A stretch of 64,000 bases of DNA from Escherichia coli (GTDB lineage: Bacteria > Pseudomonadota > Gammaproteobacteria > Enterobacterales > Enterobacteriaceae), in NCBI RefSeq assembly GCF_044324875.1, contig NZ_CP172185.1; one strand, written 5' to 3'. Positions 44,247-56,012 of the stretch are shown in pieces. The notes beneath the pieces are model-generated. The model was given only the letters and a program-made list of their open reading frames with translations. It had not been told where the DNA came from and did not search any database. A program made the translations under genes and the position numbers. Numbering within the stretch: the stretch's first letter is position 1; every line of letters begins with the position of its first letter.

Positions 44247-45929
44247 TTATTTCGCTTCGCTTAGTGCTTTCTTGATATTGTTAAACTTCTCCTGATTTAC
44301 CTCGCTAAGCGGTGGCTGGCTGCTGTCGATAAACTCTCTTACCACGCCTTGCATCTCTTTAACGACCTGTGGATTGGCGGCGGCAAGGTTATCTTTTTGC
44401 TGTAGATCCGTCAGTTTGTATAGACCTAACTGATTGTTTTCTACTGTATAGACAAGCGAATAATCGTTATTTCTCACCGTATAAGAGAATTGGCTTAAGT
44501 CCTCGGTATTGGGGTTATGCGGGTAATCGTCTGACTGATGGCGGACAAATTTGTGGTAATTATCCCAGAATGGAATATTTTCCTCGTCAAACCAGTGAGA
44601 ATAAGAGGTTATCCAGGTCAGATTTTTATGTGGCTCGCCTTGTTTCTTATCTTGCAACCACGGCAGCAAGGAAACGCCATCCAGCTTAAGGTCTTTTGGA
44701 ATGCTGATATCGGCTGCATCAAGAGCTGTCGGGTAGAAATCCATTGCGGAAATCAGCTTGTCATAATTACCTGGTTGAAGTTTTCCTTTCCACCACATAA
44801 ACATTGGGGTGTGAGTACCGCCAGGATAAGTCTGACTCTTATAGCCTTTTTGCGCCCCGTTCAGCGGCAGAGGACCATCGATAACCGCACCATTATCGGA
44901 GGTAAAGAGAATAATAGTATTGTCATACTGTCCGTTTTTCTTCAGTTGTTCGAGAATGCGTTTTACACCCTGATCAACAGAATAAACGGAAGCGTAGTAG
45001 TTATCTGCTGTTTGACTACCGGTATTAAATTGCTTCTGATATTGCTCCGGTGCAGGATTATCATTTGGCAGGTGCGGAGCATTATAAGCCAGGTAAAGCA
45101 TAAAAGGCTGGTCAAGTGTTTTGGCACGATCAACAACGCCAATTGCCTCATCGGTTAACTGATCGCTGATATAACCTTTTGCGGGGACGCGTTCACGATT
45201 TTTGAACAGTGAAGGGGAGTTGTAATATGCCGTTCCTGCAGCGTGGAATCCCATAAAGTAATCAAAGCCACGGTTTTGAGGTTGCCATTCTTCCGCAGAA
45301 AATGTGGTGAAGTTGTCATGATAGTCACGCGTTTGTTTATCTTCCGGTACTGGCACATTACTGATTTTTGACAAGTGCCATTTACCTACTGCTGCAGTGT
45401 AATAACCATGATTCTGGAATAATTCAGGCAAGAAAGTTTCTGTTAGCGGAATACCATCCTGAGCATCGGTATTGGAATAGACACCAAAGCGGGCGGGCGC
45501 TCGACCGGTCATTATTGCGGCGCGGGAGGGGCCGGAAACACCGTGCGCCACATAGCCGTTAGTAAAACGTACGCCTTCATCCATTAATGAAAGGAGCGTC
45601 GGCGTTGATTTTTGCGCAGCTTCAATGGCTTTATCTATCCCTATTTTGTAGGTATCGACAACTTCACGATTTTCCATTGTTTTTGGGTCAAAAGATTCCT
45701 TATCAAAAGGAAGTTGTCCATAACCAAGATCATCCATGGTCAGTACGATAATATTTGGCTTTCCTTTGGTACTGTATTCAGTCGGCGTAAAGTCTGAGAA
45801 AGCAACGTTTGTTTTGGTTGCTTTCAGCTTTACATCATCTGCCGCATGAGCAGCAAATGCAGCCATACCAGATGCCAGTATCAAAGATATCGAGGTACTT
45901 ACGACACTTTTCTTTAATGCAGACTTCAT
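44247..45929 (-). CDS. ydeN: Ser-type sulfatase, periplasmic
   Basis: ORF 44247-45962; start set at ATG 45929 (MKSALKKSVV...) with GAGGA ribosome-binding site; signal peptide; sulfatase signature S-G-P-S-R within VSGPSRAAIMTGR. Confidence 0.9.
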   Translation of the reverse strand: MKSALKKSVVSTSISLILASGMAAFAAHAADDVKLKATKTNVAFSDFTPTEYSTKGKPNIIVLTMDDLGYGQLPFDKESFDPKTMENREVVDTYKIGIDKAIEAAQKSTPTLLSLMDEGVRFTNGYVAHGVSGPSRAAIMTGRAPARFGVYSNTDAQDGIPLTETFLPELFQNHGYYTAAVGKWHLSKISNVPVPEDKQTRDYHDNFTTFSAEEWQPQNRGFDYFMGFHAAGTAYYNSPSLFKNRERVPAKGYISDQLTDEAIGVVDRAKTLDQPFMLYLAYNAPHLPNDNPAPEQYQKQFNTGSQTADNYYASVYSVDQGVKRILEQLKKNGQYDNTIILFTSDNGAVIDGPLPLNGAQKGYKSQTYPGGTHTPMFMWWKGKLQPGNYDKLISAMDFYPTALDAADISIPKDLKLDGVSLLPWLQDKKQGEPHKNLTWITSYSHWFDEENIPFWDNYHKFVRHQSDDYPHNPNTEDLSQFSYTVRNNDYSLVYTVENNQLGLYKLTDLQQKDNLAAANPQVVKEMQGVVREFIDSSQPPLSEVNQEKFNNIKKALSEAK

Positions 45930-46258
45930 AAATGTTCCTCTTCTTATTGTACTTAATTCCAAAGTAATTTTACGAAGAGAAATAAGTGAATGTAAGTGAA
46001 GTTAGTCACATAAAGAGATAGCAGATTTAGCTAAAAAAGGGAAATAACAGTCCATGAAGCGTTGACATTACTTTCTATTCTACTAAGTAATTTCTCGACG
46101 ATAAACAACTAATCTATTGATATTTAATAAATTATTGTATTTTACTGACAAAATGCCGAATTGAGATCATAAATAATCATGCAACAGGTTATGCAAATGC
46201 ATAAATATGTGATGAATGTCACTTATTTATTTCAATAAATATATCGCCTAAAAACAAC

Positions 46259-46290
46259 GCGGGGCAGGGAATGGCTGCCCCATTTTAATT
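46259..46290. terminator. Bidirectional Rho-independent terminator between ydeN upstream region and ydeO
   Basis: Hairpin GGGGCAGGGAATGGCTGCCCC flanked by T-rich runs on both strands, just 3' of the ydeO stop. Confidence 0.65.
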
Positions 46291-46330
46291 TTTACGTAGG
46301 GTGCGTGGTTGACTACTCGTTAGCAAATAA

Positions 46331-47092
46331 TCAAATAGCTAAAGCATTCATCGTGTTGCCCTTATTCATACCCGTGTGCCTTTGACAACGGTACTCCTTA
46401 GAAACTCTCTTTGGACTGTTGCCAAAATGTTTGCGGAACGCATAAATAAAATAAGATGTACTCGCATAACCACATTGTTCGGCAATTTTATTGACTGAAC
46501 CTTCTACGCGTATCAAATTTTTTGCGTGCTGCATTCTGGCATCTAAAAGAATCTGTGAGAATGTCGTTTGCTCTTGCTTTAGTTTTTTCTTCAACAGGCT
46601 TTCACTGATGTACAGGCAGTCACAAATATCTTTCAGCTTCCATGGGTGCGCCAGCTTCATGTTGACAATATTTCTCACTTTCCCGGAAACGGATAGCACA
46701 CCGTTAGTTAATAGTGTAATGAAACCTTTGCATGTGGCAAAAATAGACAGGCAAGAAAAAAGCAAAAGTTCTGAAAAATTATGATGATTGCGTTCTTCCG
46801 AGTTGAGATAAGCAATCATTTCATTAAGCAATCCAGTCGGTACATTTGAAGCACGTAAAAACTTCGCAGGAACAGGCACCGTCACTGTCTGGATGTTAGT
46901 GCATTGTAGATATTTTTTAATGGTATTTTCATTAAATCCGATTTCTTTGAAATGCCGCTCATAAGGTTCAAAATGCGTACGAACAGCGTTATCTACCATC
47001 AGGATCTCGCCGTCAGAGAAGGCGTAATCTTTATCTAAAATGTTAGCGTTGAAGGCATGATGAATAAATATAACAGAACAAACGAGCGACAT
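46331..47092 (-). CDS. ydeO: AraC-family transcriptional regulator of acid resistance
   Basis: 253 aa; C-terminal AraC HTH (GYASTSYFIYAFRKHFGNSPK); downstream of safA. Confidence 0.9.
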   Translation of the reverse strand: MSLVCSVIFIHHAFNANILDKDYAFSDGEILMVDNAVRTHFEPYERHFKEIGFNENTIKKYLQCTNIQTVTVPVPAKFLRASNVPTGLLNEMIAYLNSEERNHHNFSELLLFSCLSIFATCKGFITLLTNGVLSVSGKVRNIVNMKLAHPWKLKDICDCLYISESLLKKKLKQEQTTFSQILLDARMQHAKNLIRVEGSVNKIAEQCGYASTSYFIYAFRKHFGNSPKRVSKEYRCQRHTGMNKGNTMNALAI

Positions 47093-47166
47093 TTTATCTC
47101 CTTAAAACAATAAAGTTTTTATCGATACTTTTTTAACATTTCATATTTATAATTTGCTGTTTATTT

Positions 47167-47364
47167 TCAGTCTTGCAAACTATTGATAATGAAATGTGTA
47201 AGATCCCTTGCAATGCGCCCCATTTCTGAAATACCCAGCTGATCAATTGCCGAAAAAATGGCTATCAATGTAAGGGTCAGTAATAAGACAACCACAATTA
47301 CAGACATGATCCCTTTATAGTTGTCTCTTTGCGTGATTTTATTTTTCACTATGGTCGCATGCAT
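47167..47364 (-). CDS. safA: Two-component-system connector membrane protein SafA
   Basis: 65 aa, single TM segment; matches SafA (MHATIVKNKITQRDNYKGIMSVIVVVLLLTL). Confidence 0.85.
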   Translation of the reverse strand: MHATIVKNKITQRDNYKGIMSVIVVVLLLTLTLIAIFSAIDQLGISEMGRIARDLTHFIINSLQD

Positions 47365-47601
47365 TTCAAATGTGTTTATTAAACGAATGACGTTAATCAG
47401 TATGCTTAATATAACAGGCTGGAGAATAGAGGAAATAGGACTGGCGCTTCAGTACTGAGCGGAGTTTCTTACAGCTGTAGGCGGAGGTATATATCTTATA
47501 ACGAGCAGTTTAATTTAGCACATGTGAGTAAATTGCGCGACAATGGTCAATGAGGAATTCTTCTGCTGTGCGGATGACAGCAGAAGAAATGAGGAGGCGA
47601 A

Positions 47602-49881
47602 TTAATTTGATGGTTCTAATTCAACCGGAATACTTTTATAGCCAGGAATGCCACTTAATGGATCGTGGTTATCAAGTGTTAGCATGTGATTCGATTCTGG
47701 AAAATAGGTCACCAGTGAGCGGTCAGCCATAGGGTAAATGACCACTTTTAATCTATCCATGCGGCGTGAGCTTCGCTTACCGTCTGGCGTAAGCGCAATA
47801 AGATTAACTCTTTCGCCGTTTTTTACACGGCAAATTTTAGCTTGTTTAGCACTCATAAAGACCACATCTCGTTGACCGAATACCCCTCGATAGCGATCAT
47901 CCATACCATAAATCGTCGTGTTGTACTGATCGTGACTGCGTACTGTCGCCATGACTAGCTTACTGTTAAACGCTGAAGAGGGATCTTCTAACAGCCCTTT
48001 ACTGGTAATGAAATTAGCCTTACCTGACGGCGTCATCCAGCGCCTTTCAGCAGCTGCGTTTATCAGGTGAAAACCTCCAGGATGTCGGATGCGCTGGTTA
48101 TAGTCGGCGAACTCTGGCAGCACAGCTTCAATGTCATTGCGAATGCGATCATAATCTTCCACCAGATACTCCCAGGCTACCACGCTCTGGGGTAGTGCCG
48201 CCTGCGCGATACCCGCGACCACTGCACACTCTGATTTCAGCATTACACCGGCGGGTTTTAACACGCCACGCGAGGCATGAATCATCGACATTGAATCCTC
48301 AACGGTTACCGCCTGCGCACCGCTTTTTTGCATGTCAATCTCGCTACGTCCCAGAACCGGCAGAATATAGCTATGCCGTGCGGTCAGCAGATGAGAGCGG
48401 TTAAGCTTAGTGGCTACGTGTACCGTCAGATCTAATTGTGTTAACGGTACAGCGCTTGCTTCCCGATCTGGCATTGCCAGTGCAAAGTTGCCCCCCATGC
48501 AGATCAATGCTCGAGCCTGCCTCGTACATATTGCTTGCATGCTGGCAATTGCTGCATGTCCAGGTGCATGAGGTGGGGTGAAACCATAGCGCTCACCCAG
48601 GCGAGCCAGAAACTCTGCAGACGGTTTCTCGGTGATACCGACGGTTCGGTCGCCCTGTACATTAGAGTGACCTCGTAGTGGGCAGATACCCGCACCAGGC
48701 TTGCCAATGTTACCTTTCATCAACAGCAGATTGACCAGTTGCTGTACATTCTGGGTACCATGTTCGTGCTGAGTGATCCCCATTCCGTAACAGATAATGG
48801 TGCGTTCGGCAGCGGCATATGCATCAGCCAGTTCGGCGATTTGAGTCTGACTTAGTCCAGAAATACGCTCGATATCTTTCCACTCGGAATTGAGAACGTC
48901 ACGGCGTAGCTCGTCAAAGCCGACGGTATGCGTTTGAATAAATTCGTCATCCAGCAATGAGGGCCGACCTGCGGCGCTTGCAGCATCATCGCGCTCAATT
49001 AACAGGCGCATCATCCCCTTGAGCAACGCCATATCACCACCAATGCGCACGTTGTAGTAGGCACTGGCCAACTGAGTCTCAGAGTTCGTCAGCATTTCAA
49101 ACGGGTTTTGCGGTGCGGTAAATCGCTCCAGGCCACGTTCCTGTAGAGGATTGATGGCGATCATTTTCGCTCCCCGTTTCACTAAAGCGCGCAACGAAGT
49201 CAACATGCGAGGGTGGTTTGTACCAGGGTTATGCCCAATGCAAATGACTAAATCGCATTTCTCAAAGTCTTCCAGCAACACGGTCCCTTTACCTACACCG
49301 ATACTCGCTGCCAAACCCACACTGGTCGGTTCATGGCACATGTTGGAGCAGTCGGGGAAGTTATTGCTCCCGTATTCACGAGCAAAAAGCTGATAAAGAA
49401 AGGCAGCTTCATTGGAAGTGCGGCCCGAAGTATAGAATTCAACCTGATTGGGATCACTATAGCTTTGAAGGCGTTCGCCAATTTCGTCGAAAGCTTGTTG
49501 CCAGCTTAATGGCTTGTAACAGTCGCTGACGGCATCATATTTCAAAGGCTGGGTGAGACGCCCCGCAGCCTCAAGCTCGTGATCTCCCCAGTTAAGTAAT
49601 GATTGAACCGTATTCTCAGCAAAGAAAGAGGCATTTACCTGCTTATCCGTGACTTCCCAGGCGATTGCTTTTGCGCCGTTTTCACAAATGTCGAATGACG
49701 CACTGTGCTTAGGATCTGGCCATGCACATCCCGGACAGTCAAAGCCCTCTGGCTTATTCATGTCAAACATGGCAATAACATCCTGGCGTATATCCATCTG
49801 CTTACGTACTGCATTCGCTACGGATTTAACAGCACCCCAACCACCGGCAGCTCCCTGGTAGGATTCAATTTTTTTCTTCAT
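47602..49881 (-). CDS. ydeP: Molybdopterin oxidoreductase of the formate-dehydrogenase-like family (Cys-type, no selenocysteine)
   Basis: 759 aa; N-terminal Cys cluster motif CPGCAWPDP ... C...C; no in-frame TGA. Confidence 0.9.
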   Translation of the reverse strand: MKKKIESYQGAAGGWGAVKSVANAVRKQMDIRQDVIAMFDMNKPEGFDCPGCAWPDPKHSASFDICENGAKAIAWEVTDKQVNASFFAENTVQSLLNWGDHELEAAGRLTQPLKYDAVSDCYKPLSWQQAFDEIGERLQSYSDPNQVEFYTSGRTSNEAAFLYQLFAREYGSNNFPDCSNMCHEPTSVGLAASIGVGKGTVLLEDFEKCDLVICIGHNPGTNHPRMLTSLRALVKRGAKMIAINPLQERGLERFTAPQNPFEMLTNSETQLASAYYNVRIGGDMALLKGMMRLLIERDDAASAAGRPSLLDDEFIQTHTVGFDELRRDVLNSEWKDIERISGLSQTQIAELADAYAAAERTIICYGMGITQHEHGTQNVQQLVNLLLMKGNIGKPGAGICPLRGHSNVQGDRTVGITEKPSAEFLARLGERYGFTPPHAPGHAAIASMQAICTRQARALICMGGNFALAMPDREASAVPLTQLDLTVHVATKLNRSHLLTARHSYILPVLGRSEIDMQKSGAQAVTVEDSMSMIHASRGVLKPAGVMLKSECAVVAGIAQAALPQSVVAWEYLVEDYDRIRNDIEAVLPEFADYNQRIRHPGGFHLINAAAERRWMTPSGKANFITSKGLLEDPSSAFNSKLVMATVRSHDQYNTTIYGMDDRYRGVFGQRDVVFMSAKQAKICRVKNGERVNLIALTPDGKRSSRRMDRLKVVIYPMADRSLVTYFPESNHMLTLDNHDPLSGIPGYKSIPVELEPSN

Positions 49882-50213
49882 TTGCTTATCCTGTGTGGAA
49901 ATGAATTATTAGGATTTGTAATAGCGATGATGCACAGTATATACAAAGGGATTATCGTCAACATGGATATATAAGAGTAGGGGACTACTCTCTTTCTATT
50001 TTAATCTATTATCGTTAAACAAAAGATTAAATACGATAAATTAAGCATCATCTCTCATAGTGTTTAAATTAACATATTTTTCAATATAAAAAATAAGACT
50101 CTGGCTTCAATTGTGCGCGGATTTTCTTACAGATGTAGGATAATAGCCTTCACAAAATAATTATCCGCGCAATCTTCGTGAATGGAGCGCATAGACCAAT
50201 GTCAAAATCACAA

Positions 50214-51128
50214 TTATTCATAGATAAAAGTGACACCAATGACTGACTGGACGGTTCCGGCTGCAACCTTGTTTCCTGTTTGTCCATAGGTTGCGCTTAA
50301 ACCCAGAGGTACTTTGCTTTTATTTACTGTCCCCAGGGAGACGTTTTCTCCCGTAGCCAGTATTTTTCCATTACGCATCAGAGAGACACCCACTCCCGAT
50401 GCTTTTGTTGCATCTGGTGCTGTGTTAGCAAACACTTGTCTGGCACTGTCAGTGGTAGCACCCGAAAGATAAAATGAGAGCTTTTGTTCACTTGAGCAAT
50501 ATACGCCAAGGGGTATTTCTGCGCTTCCAGGAAAGTCCGGGAGATTCACGTTGACATTACGACTATCAACGGTGCAGCCGCCTGTTGGCATAACAACACT
50601 GTTATTTGAAATAATATTCCACGTAAAATTACGCGGATTTCCACTTCCTAACGTGGCAATTTTATACATATGAATACGGGCAATAACTTCCCCGGCTTTT
50701 ATGACAACTCCACCGGCCGCACCGACTGGGGTAATATAGAGTTTTAACGGTAATGGCATCGGTGTCTTATCACCAATATCTAATACATTAGTATTTGTCG
50801 TCAACGGGAAGGGGTAGGTCACATTATTCCAGTACAGCGATCCTTTATATGACTGTAGAGAGCCTGCGAAAGCTGAGCCTTGTACCAGGTTTATATGATC
50901 AGTGTCGTACCAGCCGCCGTAATCATTCCAGCAACTTATATGCTGAGACAAGTCTACAACCAGATTCTGGCCCGGTTGTATTACAGGGTCGAGATTAACA
51001 TAAACAGAGGTTGTACCTGCTCCAATACTTGACCCGCCATCGACATTACAACTGAAGGCAAAAACTTTGCCTGCCATTAATAGAAGATAAATACCGAACA
51101 GAAGCTTCATACTTATTGTTTTACCCAT
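50214..51128 (-). CDS. ydeQ: Fimbrial tip adhesin, FimH-like
   Basis: 304 aa with signal peptide; two-domain adhesin organisation at the distal end of a chaperone-usher operon. Confidence 0.85.
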   Translation of the reverse strand: MGKTISMKLLFGIYLLLMAGKVFAFSCNVDGGSSIGAGTTSVYVNLDPVIQPGQNLVVDLSQHISCWNDYGGWYDTDHINLVQGSAFAGSLQSYKGSLYWNNVTYPFPLTTNTNVLDIGDKTPMPLPLKLYITPVGAAGGVVIKAGEVIARIHMYKIATLGSGNPRNFTWNIISNNSVVMPTGGCTVDSRNVNVNLPDFPGSAEIPLGVYCSSEQKLSFYLSGATTDSARQVFANTAPDATKASGVGVSLMRNGKILATGENVSLGTVNKSKVPLGLSATYGQTGNKVAAGTVQSVIGVTFIYE

Positions 51129-51186
51129 GATATATCCTAAGGTTAAAAAATTGATTTAAAAAGAGGCTAAGAAAATCGAATCGACG

Positions 51187-51690
51187 TTATTGCCAGGTGT
51201 AGATCACATTGATTAGCGCCTCGATCGTTCCCTGGCTTGCGTTTCCATTCACCGTGATAGCTCTTGCCTTAAGTGGAAACTGTGCATTACGAGTGATCTC
51301 ATCAACAATAACCGTTTTGCTATCGCCATTTTTTAACGTCGCATCCTGGTCATCCCTTAGCTCTATCTGAATATTTTCGGCAGTACCTTCATTTTTGTAA
51401 TAACCCGTATTGTCAGTTGAACCTGTCACGATTGCCGTCACTGCACTTGTTTCAACCGGACAATCGGTTAATGACAAAGTAATATTGTGCCAGCCTGATG
51501 CAGAACCAGGTTGTTGCAGATTGCGCGTATAAAGATCCCCGAGATTAACGTTAGCTTCTTTGGTTTGAATAGTGCAGGGTTTAGCGACTACCCGACCATT
51601 AACAGTGATAGTGACATCGGCGGCCTGGAGAGTTGCTGTGAATAACGCGCAAAACGTAGCTAACAGGAACCTCTTGTGAAGTCTTTTCAT
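51187..51690 (-). CDS. ydeR: Fimbrial minor subunit, FimG-like
   Basis: 167 aa; signal peptide; pilin domain ending ...NVIYTWQ. Confidence 0.85.
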   Translation of the reverse strand: MKRLHKRFLLATFCALFTATLQAADVTITVNGRVVAKPCTIQTKEANVNLGDLYTRNLQQPGSASGWHNITLSLTDCPVETSAVTAIVTGSTDNTGYYKNEGTAENIQIELRDDQDATLKNGDSKTVIVDEITRNAQFPLKARAITVNGNASQGTIEALINVIYTWQ

Positions 51691-51702
51691 ATCTGACTCT
51701 GA

Positions 51703-52233
51703 TTATTGAAATTCAAGGGTAAAGGTTGCCGAAGCCCTCACCAGTCCCGGATTGACGGACTTCTGAGTTGACTTCAGACGAGCGGAGTAAGGCAAAATAT
51801 TGTTCTGTTCTGGTACCAGTGGGATCCACTGCATCCCGGCATGAAGGTCATTCAATTTCACCGGACGCATATTTCCGTCCAGTATTTCTATACCCAAACC
51901 GGAGGCCGTATTGCTTCCTTCATCCAGTTTCAACAGAGTATTATTTTCTGCATCCTCAATCCCGTTAAATGCAACCCGAACCCCCGTTGTCCCTTTACTG
52001 CATTCACTTAACGTAATCTGAAAAGGGACGGCTGGACTTGTGCTACCGGTCGTTGGAAATTGTCTGGCACTGTATTTTTGGAGATCTACGGTAAAATTAA
52101 GCGAATCCGATGAGACTGTGCAGCCATAATCGAGGACGCGCCCGCTAATTTTAATAACGCTATCTGCGGATAAAGCAGAATAGGTGGTTAACCCCAGACA
52201 TAAACCGAGGAAAATAATGTTATTGTATTTCAT
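51703..52233 (-). CDS. ydeS: Fimbrial minor subunit, FimF-like
   Basis: 176 aa; signal peptide; pilin domain. Confidence 0.85.
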   Translation of the reverse strand: MKYNNIIFLGLCLGLTTYSALSADSVIKISGRVLDYGCTVSSDSLNFTVDLQKYSARQFPTTGSTSPAVPFQITLSECSKGTTGVRVAFNGIEDAENNTLLKLDEGSNTASGLGIEILDGNMRPVKLNDLHAGMQWIPLVPEQNNILPYSARLKSTQKSVNPGLVRASATFTLEFQ

Positions 52234-52246
52234 AATCTATTGTTCC

Positions 52247-54898
52247 TTAGCGACAGATTGCTGTCTGCTGGTTCAGTAAGGTACCAGGAGAAACTTCAGG
52301 AAGCTTGTACTCGACAATACAGTTTGAGTTTTTATCTTTGCCCCATGAAACCTGTAATTTCCCTGACTGTGGAAGTCCAGTCAGATAAACCTGACCGTTT
52401 TCCGCGACAATGCTGCCATTTTTATTCTTTCCGTGAGTGACAATTGCACCGAATGGAACGCTCTTATTACCGTACTTCAACGTCATTAATACTTTCCCGC
52501 CGATTTGTGCATTAAATGTTGCTCTGGCAATAGCACCGTGAGTTGGGATGACAGTGACCACGGTTTCATCCAGTTCAACATTATCTGCAAGGGAATTCGC
52601 GTTAAGAGCGACACGATTTTCTCTATATTCTGTCGCAAATGGTAATATGGCATAGCCACGCCAGTCGGTATGAATACCGGTCTGGTTCTCTATTTTGACA
52701 TTATCAGCGCCAGGAGCCTTAACCAGAACCATTGTGTCGCCCAGCGGCTGTCCAAAGGTGATGCCATCAGCATGAGCAATAATGCCACCACTCATTCCGT
52801 AATAAATCTGGCTGCTGTCACCACTCCGACTGTAACCGACATTCGTATTACCGTAAGCTCCACGATAATTAAGAGAACTGTAACCACTGGTGCCAGACGA
52901 TGTATTACCCCCGTGGGTGTTACCGACCTGAACACTATAATTCAGGTTATTATCCGGCAGCAGAGTGCCATAAACTCCCGATAGATTGGTCATGCCGCCT
53001 TTCAAATCGTTTGACTTACTGTAACTGGCGTTTGAATTACGAAATGCCGACTGACTGTCTGTACGCATCCAATGACTGAAGGGAACATTAAGCGTAAAAG
53101 CAAGTAAATGATCCCGATCGTTTTGCCATATATTATTGGAATAGCTGTAATTCAGCGAAGTCGTAATATCACCAAACGGCACATTTAATCCAAATGATAT
53201 TTGCTGGTCGCTGCGTGACGTGTTCCAGTAACTTTGGCGACTGGCACTAAAAAATGTCGTACCGTAATTTCCAAGCTGCTGAGAGATGCTTATTTGTTCC
53301 TGACCACGCTTACTGTAGAACAGATTAAAATAATCAATAAATTGTGTCTGCTCGTTGCTGTCTCCGGTAGGAGGCTTGACGGTGTAACCACTCATTCGAC
53401 TGTAGGCACTGTCGGATAAGTTATAAAAACCTTGCGTAGAATAGCGATATCCTGCGACCTGGATATTGGTTCCCGTCTGGTAGAAGGATTTGCTGTAGAC
53501 GGATTTAATCGATTGCCCGCTGTGACGGGTGCCATCTGCAAGTGTCGTATTGGCCTGCGTGATATCGAAAGAAAAGGCACCAAAAAGTCCTAAATCTTTA
53601 CCAATACCAAGGTTGAAGGCCTGATAATCTTCTGCAATTTGCATTCCGCCATAAGGTGTCCAGTTTCCTTCCAGTCCATGCATCAAGCTACCTTGTATGA
53701 ACTTGGGGGAGCTTTGCAGGTTATTTCCACTACGATATTCCCCCATGGCAAGCGCATAACGCGTATATCCAGCACGTTGGAGAACCGGAACAGACGAATA
53801 AGGAACATATAATGTCTGAATACTGCCGTCTGCCTCTTTTATGGTTACTTGCAGATCACCACCATTGGCCGCAGAGTTGATATCATCAATAGTAAAAGGG
53901 CCGGGTGGGACAGTAGTCTGATAAACATCGTATCCATTCTGTTTTACACTCACTTGTGCGGTGCCGCGGGCAATACCATGAATCACCGGAGCGAAACCAT
54001 GTTGGCTATCGGGCAACATCGCTTCTGTTGAATTTATTTTGAGGCCACGAAAGTTCACACTATCAAAAATATCGCCATCGGTATAACTATCACCTACCGT
54101 TAAGCGTGAGCGTAAGGGAATAATGTCACGTTCAGCCGACGTATTGATATGCTGCCATTTATTGCTGTCAGATGAATTGCTACTCCCACTGTTATAACTC
54201 CACGTTGAGTTATCGCGCAGTCGCCAACTACCAATGTTGATGCCACTCTGTAAATTCAAATATGCATAGTTGGATTTTCCTGCATTATGGTTACTACGAT
54301 TATTAATAGAATTACCATTAAAACTATAGTTTAGAAGCCCAGCATTTATTCCTTCTTCCCACAGATCAGGAGAAACATAGCCGCGAGCCATTCTGCCAAC
54401 ATAAATTTGCGGAACGGAGAGTGACAGATGTTGCTGACCAACATCAAACTCAGTTGATGCGTCGGCCAAACGATCCTGAAGTGGTGTGCATGCGCTGTTG
54501 TCCGGCACATGTTTTTCTGCCGAATGTTCTTTATTGTCTAATAACGCTGATTTTTTTATGCCAAGACTGACTAGAAGATCTGTACTCAGGCATGGGATGA
54601 GATCTGCGTTATTATCATCTGCAATAAAAGTAATATCCCGACTAGTAATAAATTCGTCGTTCAAATAAATGTCGACCCGATATGTACCAGGTGGTGCCTC
54701 GCGTCCCTTAGTAAAGGCGGATAAATCGACAGATTCAGCAAGATCATTGCTTAAAAACCGTGGATTAAAATAATACTCTGCGTCAACGGGAAATACCGCA
54801 GTTGCTAAGCCAAGGGCAATGGTAAGCCGTGCAAAGCGAGGCAGTAGTAACACCTGATGCATACGATATGCCTTAAATGCGGCACGAAAGGCTGTCAT
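52247..54898 (-). CDS. ydeT: Fimbrial usher (FimD-like), full length
   Basis: 883 aa ORF with uninterrupted usher domains; the true start may be the internal ATG 12 codons in. Confidence 0.88.
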   Translation of the reverse strand: MTAFRAAFKAYRMHQVLLLPRFARLTIALGLATAVFPVDAEYYFNPRFLSNDLAESVDLSAFTKGREAPPGTYRVDIYLNDEFITSRDITFIADDNNADLIPCLSTDLLVSLGIKKSALLDNKEHSAEKHVPDNSACTPLQDRLADASTEFDVGQQHLSLSVPQIYVGRMARGYVSPDLWEEGINAGLLNYSFNGNSINNRSNHNAGKSNYAYLNLQSGINIGSWRLRDNSTWSYNSGSSNSSDSNKWQHINTSAERDIIPLRSRLTVGDSYTDGDIFDSVNFRGLKINSTEAMLPDSQHGFAPVIHGIARGTAQVSVKQNGYDVYQTTVPPGPFTIDDINSAANGGDLQVTIKEADGSIQTLYVPYSSVPVLQRAGYTRYALAMGEYRSGNNLQSSPKFIQGSLMHGLEGNWTPYGGMQIAEDYQAFNLGIGKDLGLFGAFSFDITQANTTLADGTRHSGQSIKSVYSKSFYQTGTNIQVAGYRYSTQGFYNLSDSAYSRMSGYTVKPPTGDSNEQTQFIDYFNLFYSKRGQEQISISQQLGNYGTTFFSASRQSYWNTSRSDQQISFGLNVPFGDITTSLNYSYSNNIWQNDRDHLLAFTLNVPFSHWMRTDSQSAFRNSNASYSKSNDLKGGMTNLSGVYGTLLPDNNLNYSVQVGNTHGGNTSSGTSGYSSLNYRGAYGNTNVGYSRSGDSSQIYYGMSGGIIAHADGITFGQPLGDTMVLVKAPGADNVKIENQTGIHTDWRGYAILPFATEYRENRVALNANSLADNVELDETVVTVIPTHGAIARATFNAQIGGKVLMTLKYGNKSVPFGAIVTHGKNKNGSIVAENGQVYLTGLPQSGKLQVSWGKDKNSNCIVEYKLPEVSPGTLLNQQTAICR

Positions 54899-54939
54899 TA
54901 TTAATTCCGATTGAGTTTATTATTAATTAGGTCACTGGC

Positions 54940-55659
54940 TTACTGCATGGTTGCCTTAATACGCGGAGTTAATGCACCGTAATCATTGATCGTCTGAAAA
55001 CTGATATCCCCGGTTGCAGCATGCGGGATATCCACCGATACTTCACCTTTTGGCGGCACCATGGTGTTTGGGAGATTGCTATTTCCTGCTTTCAAATTTG
55101 TTACGGTAATGAAGTAGGGCGTTGGATTAATAAGAGTGAGTTTGCTGCCGCTGCGACGAAACCGAAGCATTGCAGGCGCTTCTTCAGGTGCCATTGCCAG
55201 GTTCGTGGGGCGATAAAACATTTTTATGCGGCTAATAATTGCCAGCTGTAATGTATTCTCATTCTTCTGATCTTTTTCCATAGCAGGAATAGCTTTAACA
55301 TTAACCCAGAACAGGCTTTCACGGTCGCCTGGTAACTGATGATTAGTGGCGTTGATTATCCGCAGCGTATTCTCTTTTTTACCTTGCATGGAAAAAAGCG
55401 GTGGCGTAATGACAAACTGGGTGTCTTTTTGGTCACCTGCATTTTCTATCCATGACTGAATGAGATAGACACTGGCAGGATCATTATTCGTGACAGGCAA
55501 TAAAACCTGTTTCTGGTTTGCCGGATAAATTACCCGCGTCGCACCCAGTGCGACAGCTGCGTTGGCAATGGTGCTATGGCAAGCAAAGAGCAATAAAAGT
55601 AACACTGTCGCCATAAAGGAAATAGAGTAGGGGGTACGCGTAGTTTGCATCTGATGCAT
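54940..55659 (-). CDS. Periplasmic fimbrial chaperone (FimC/PapD-like)
   Basis: 239 aa ORF; signal peptide MATVLLLLLFACHSTIANA suggests the real start is 15 codons downstream (55614); typical PapD-like domains. Confidence 0.85.
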   Translation of the reverse strand: MHQMQTTRTPYSISFMATVLLLLLFACHSTIANAAVALGATRVIYPANQKQVLLPVTNNDPASVYLIQSWIENAGDQKDTQFVITPPLFSMQGKKENTLRIINATNHQLPGDRESLFWVNVKAIPAMEKDQKNENTLQLAIISRIKMFYRPTNLAMAPEEAPAMLRFRRSGSKLTLINPTPYFITVTNLKAGNSNLPNTMVPPKGEVSVDIPHAATGDISFQTINDYGALTPRIKATMQ

Positions 55660-56012
55660 TCTCCATGTGTTAAGAGGATAAGCGGGAAAACCGTTACATC
55701 AGACAATCAGTAAATATTGCTAATACATTGGCGACTCGCCGGGTTTCCAGACTTAATGCGTTTGTAATAAATGTTGGTTCTCTTTTAATAGGAAAACCTT
55801 GCTACAAAGTAAATATTTTAAATAACAGTAAGTTTAACTACTGTTGTTTATTGATCGTTTAGATATTATGTGATTTTTTCATACCGCTCCAAAACACAAA
55901 CTATTCCTCATTAATAATGAGATGAACATTGGTGAATTGCTCGGGTGTGCGTAGCCATGCTACACACACCCTGTTTCAATTTCAGATGACGTATAGCCAC
56001 CTTAAGATTGAA

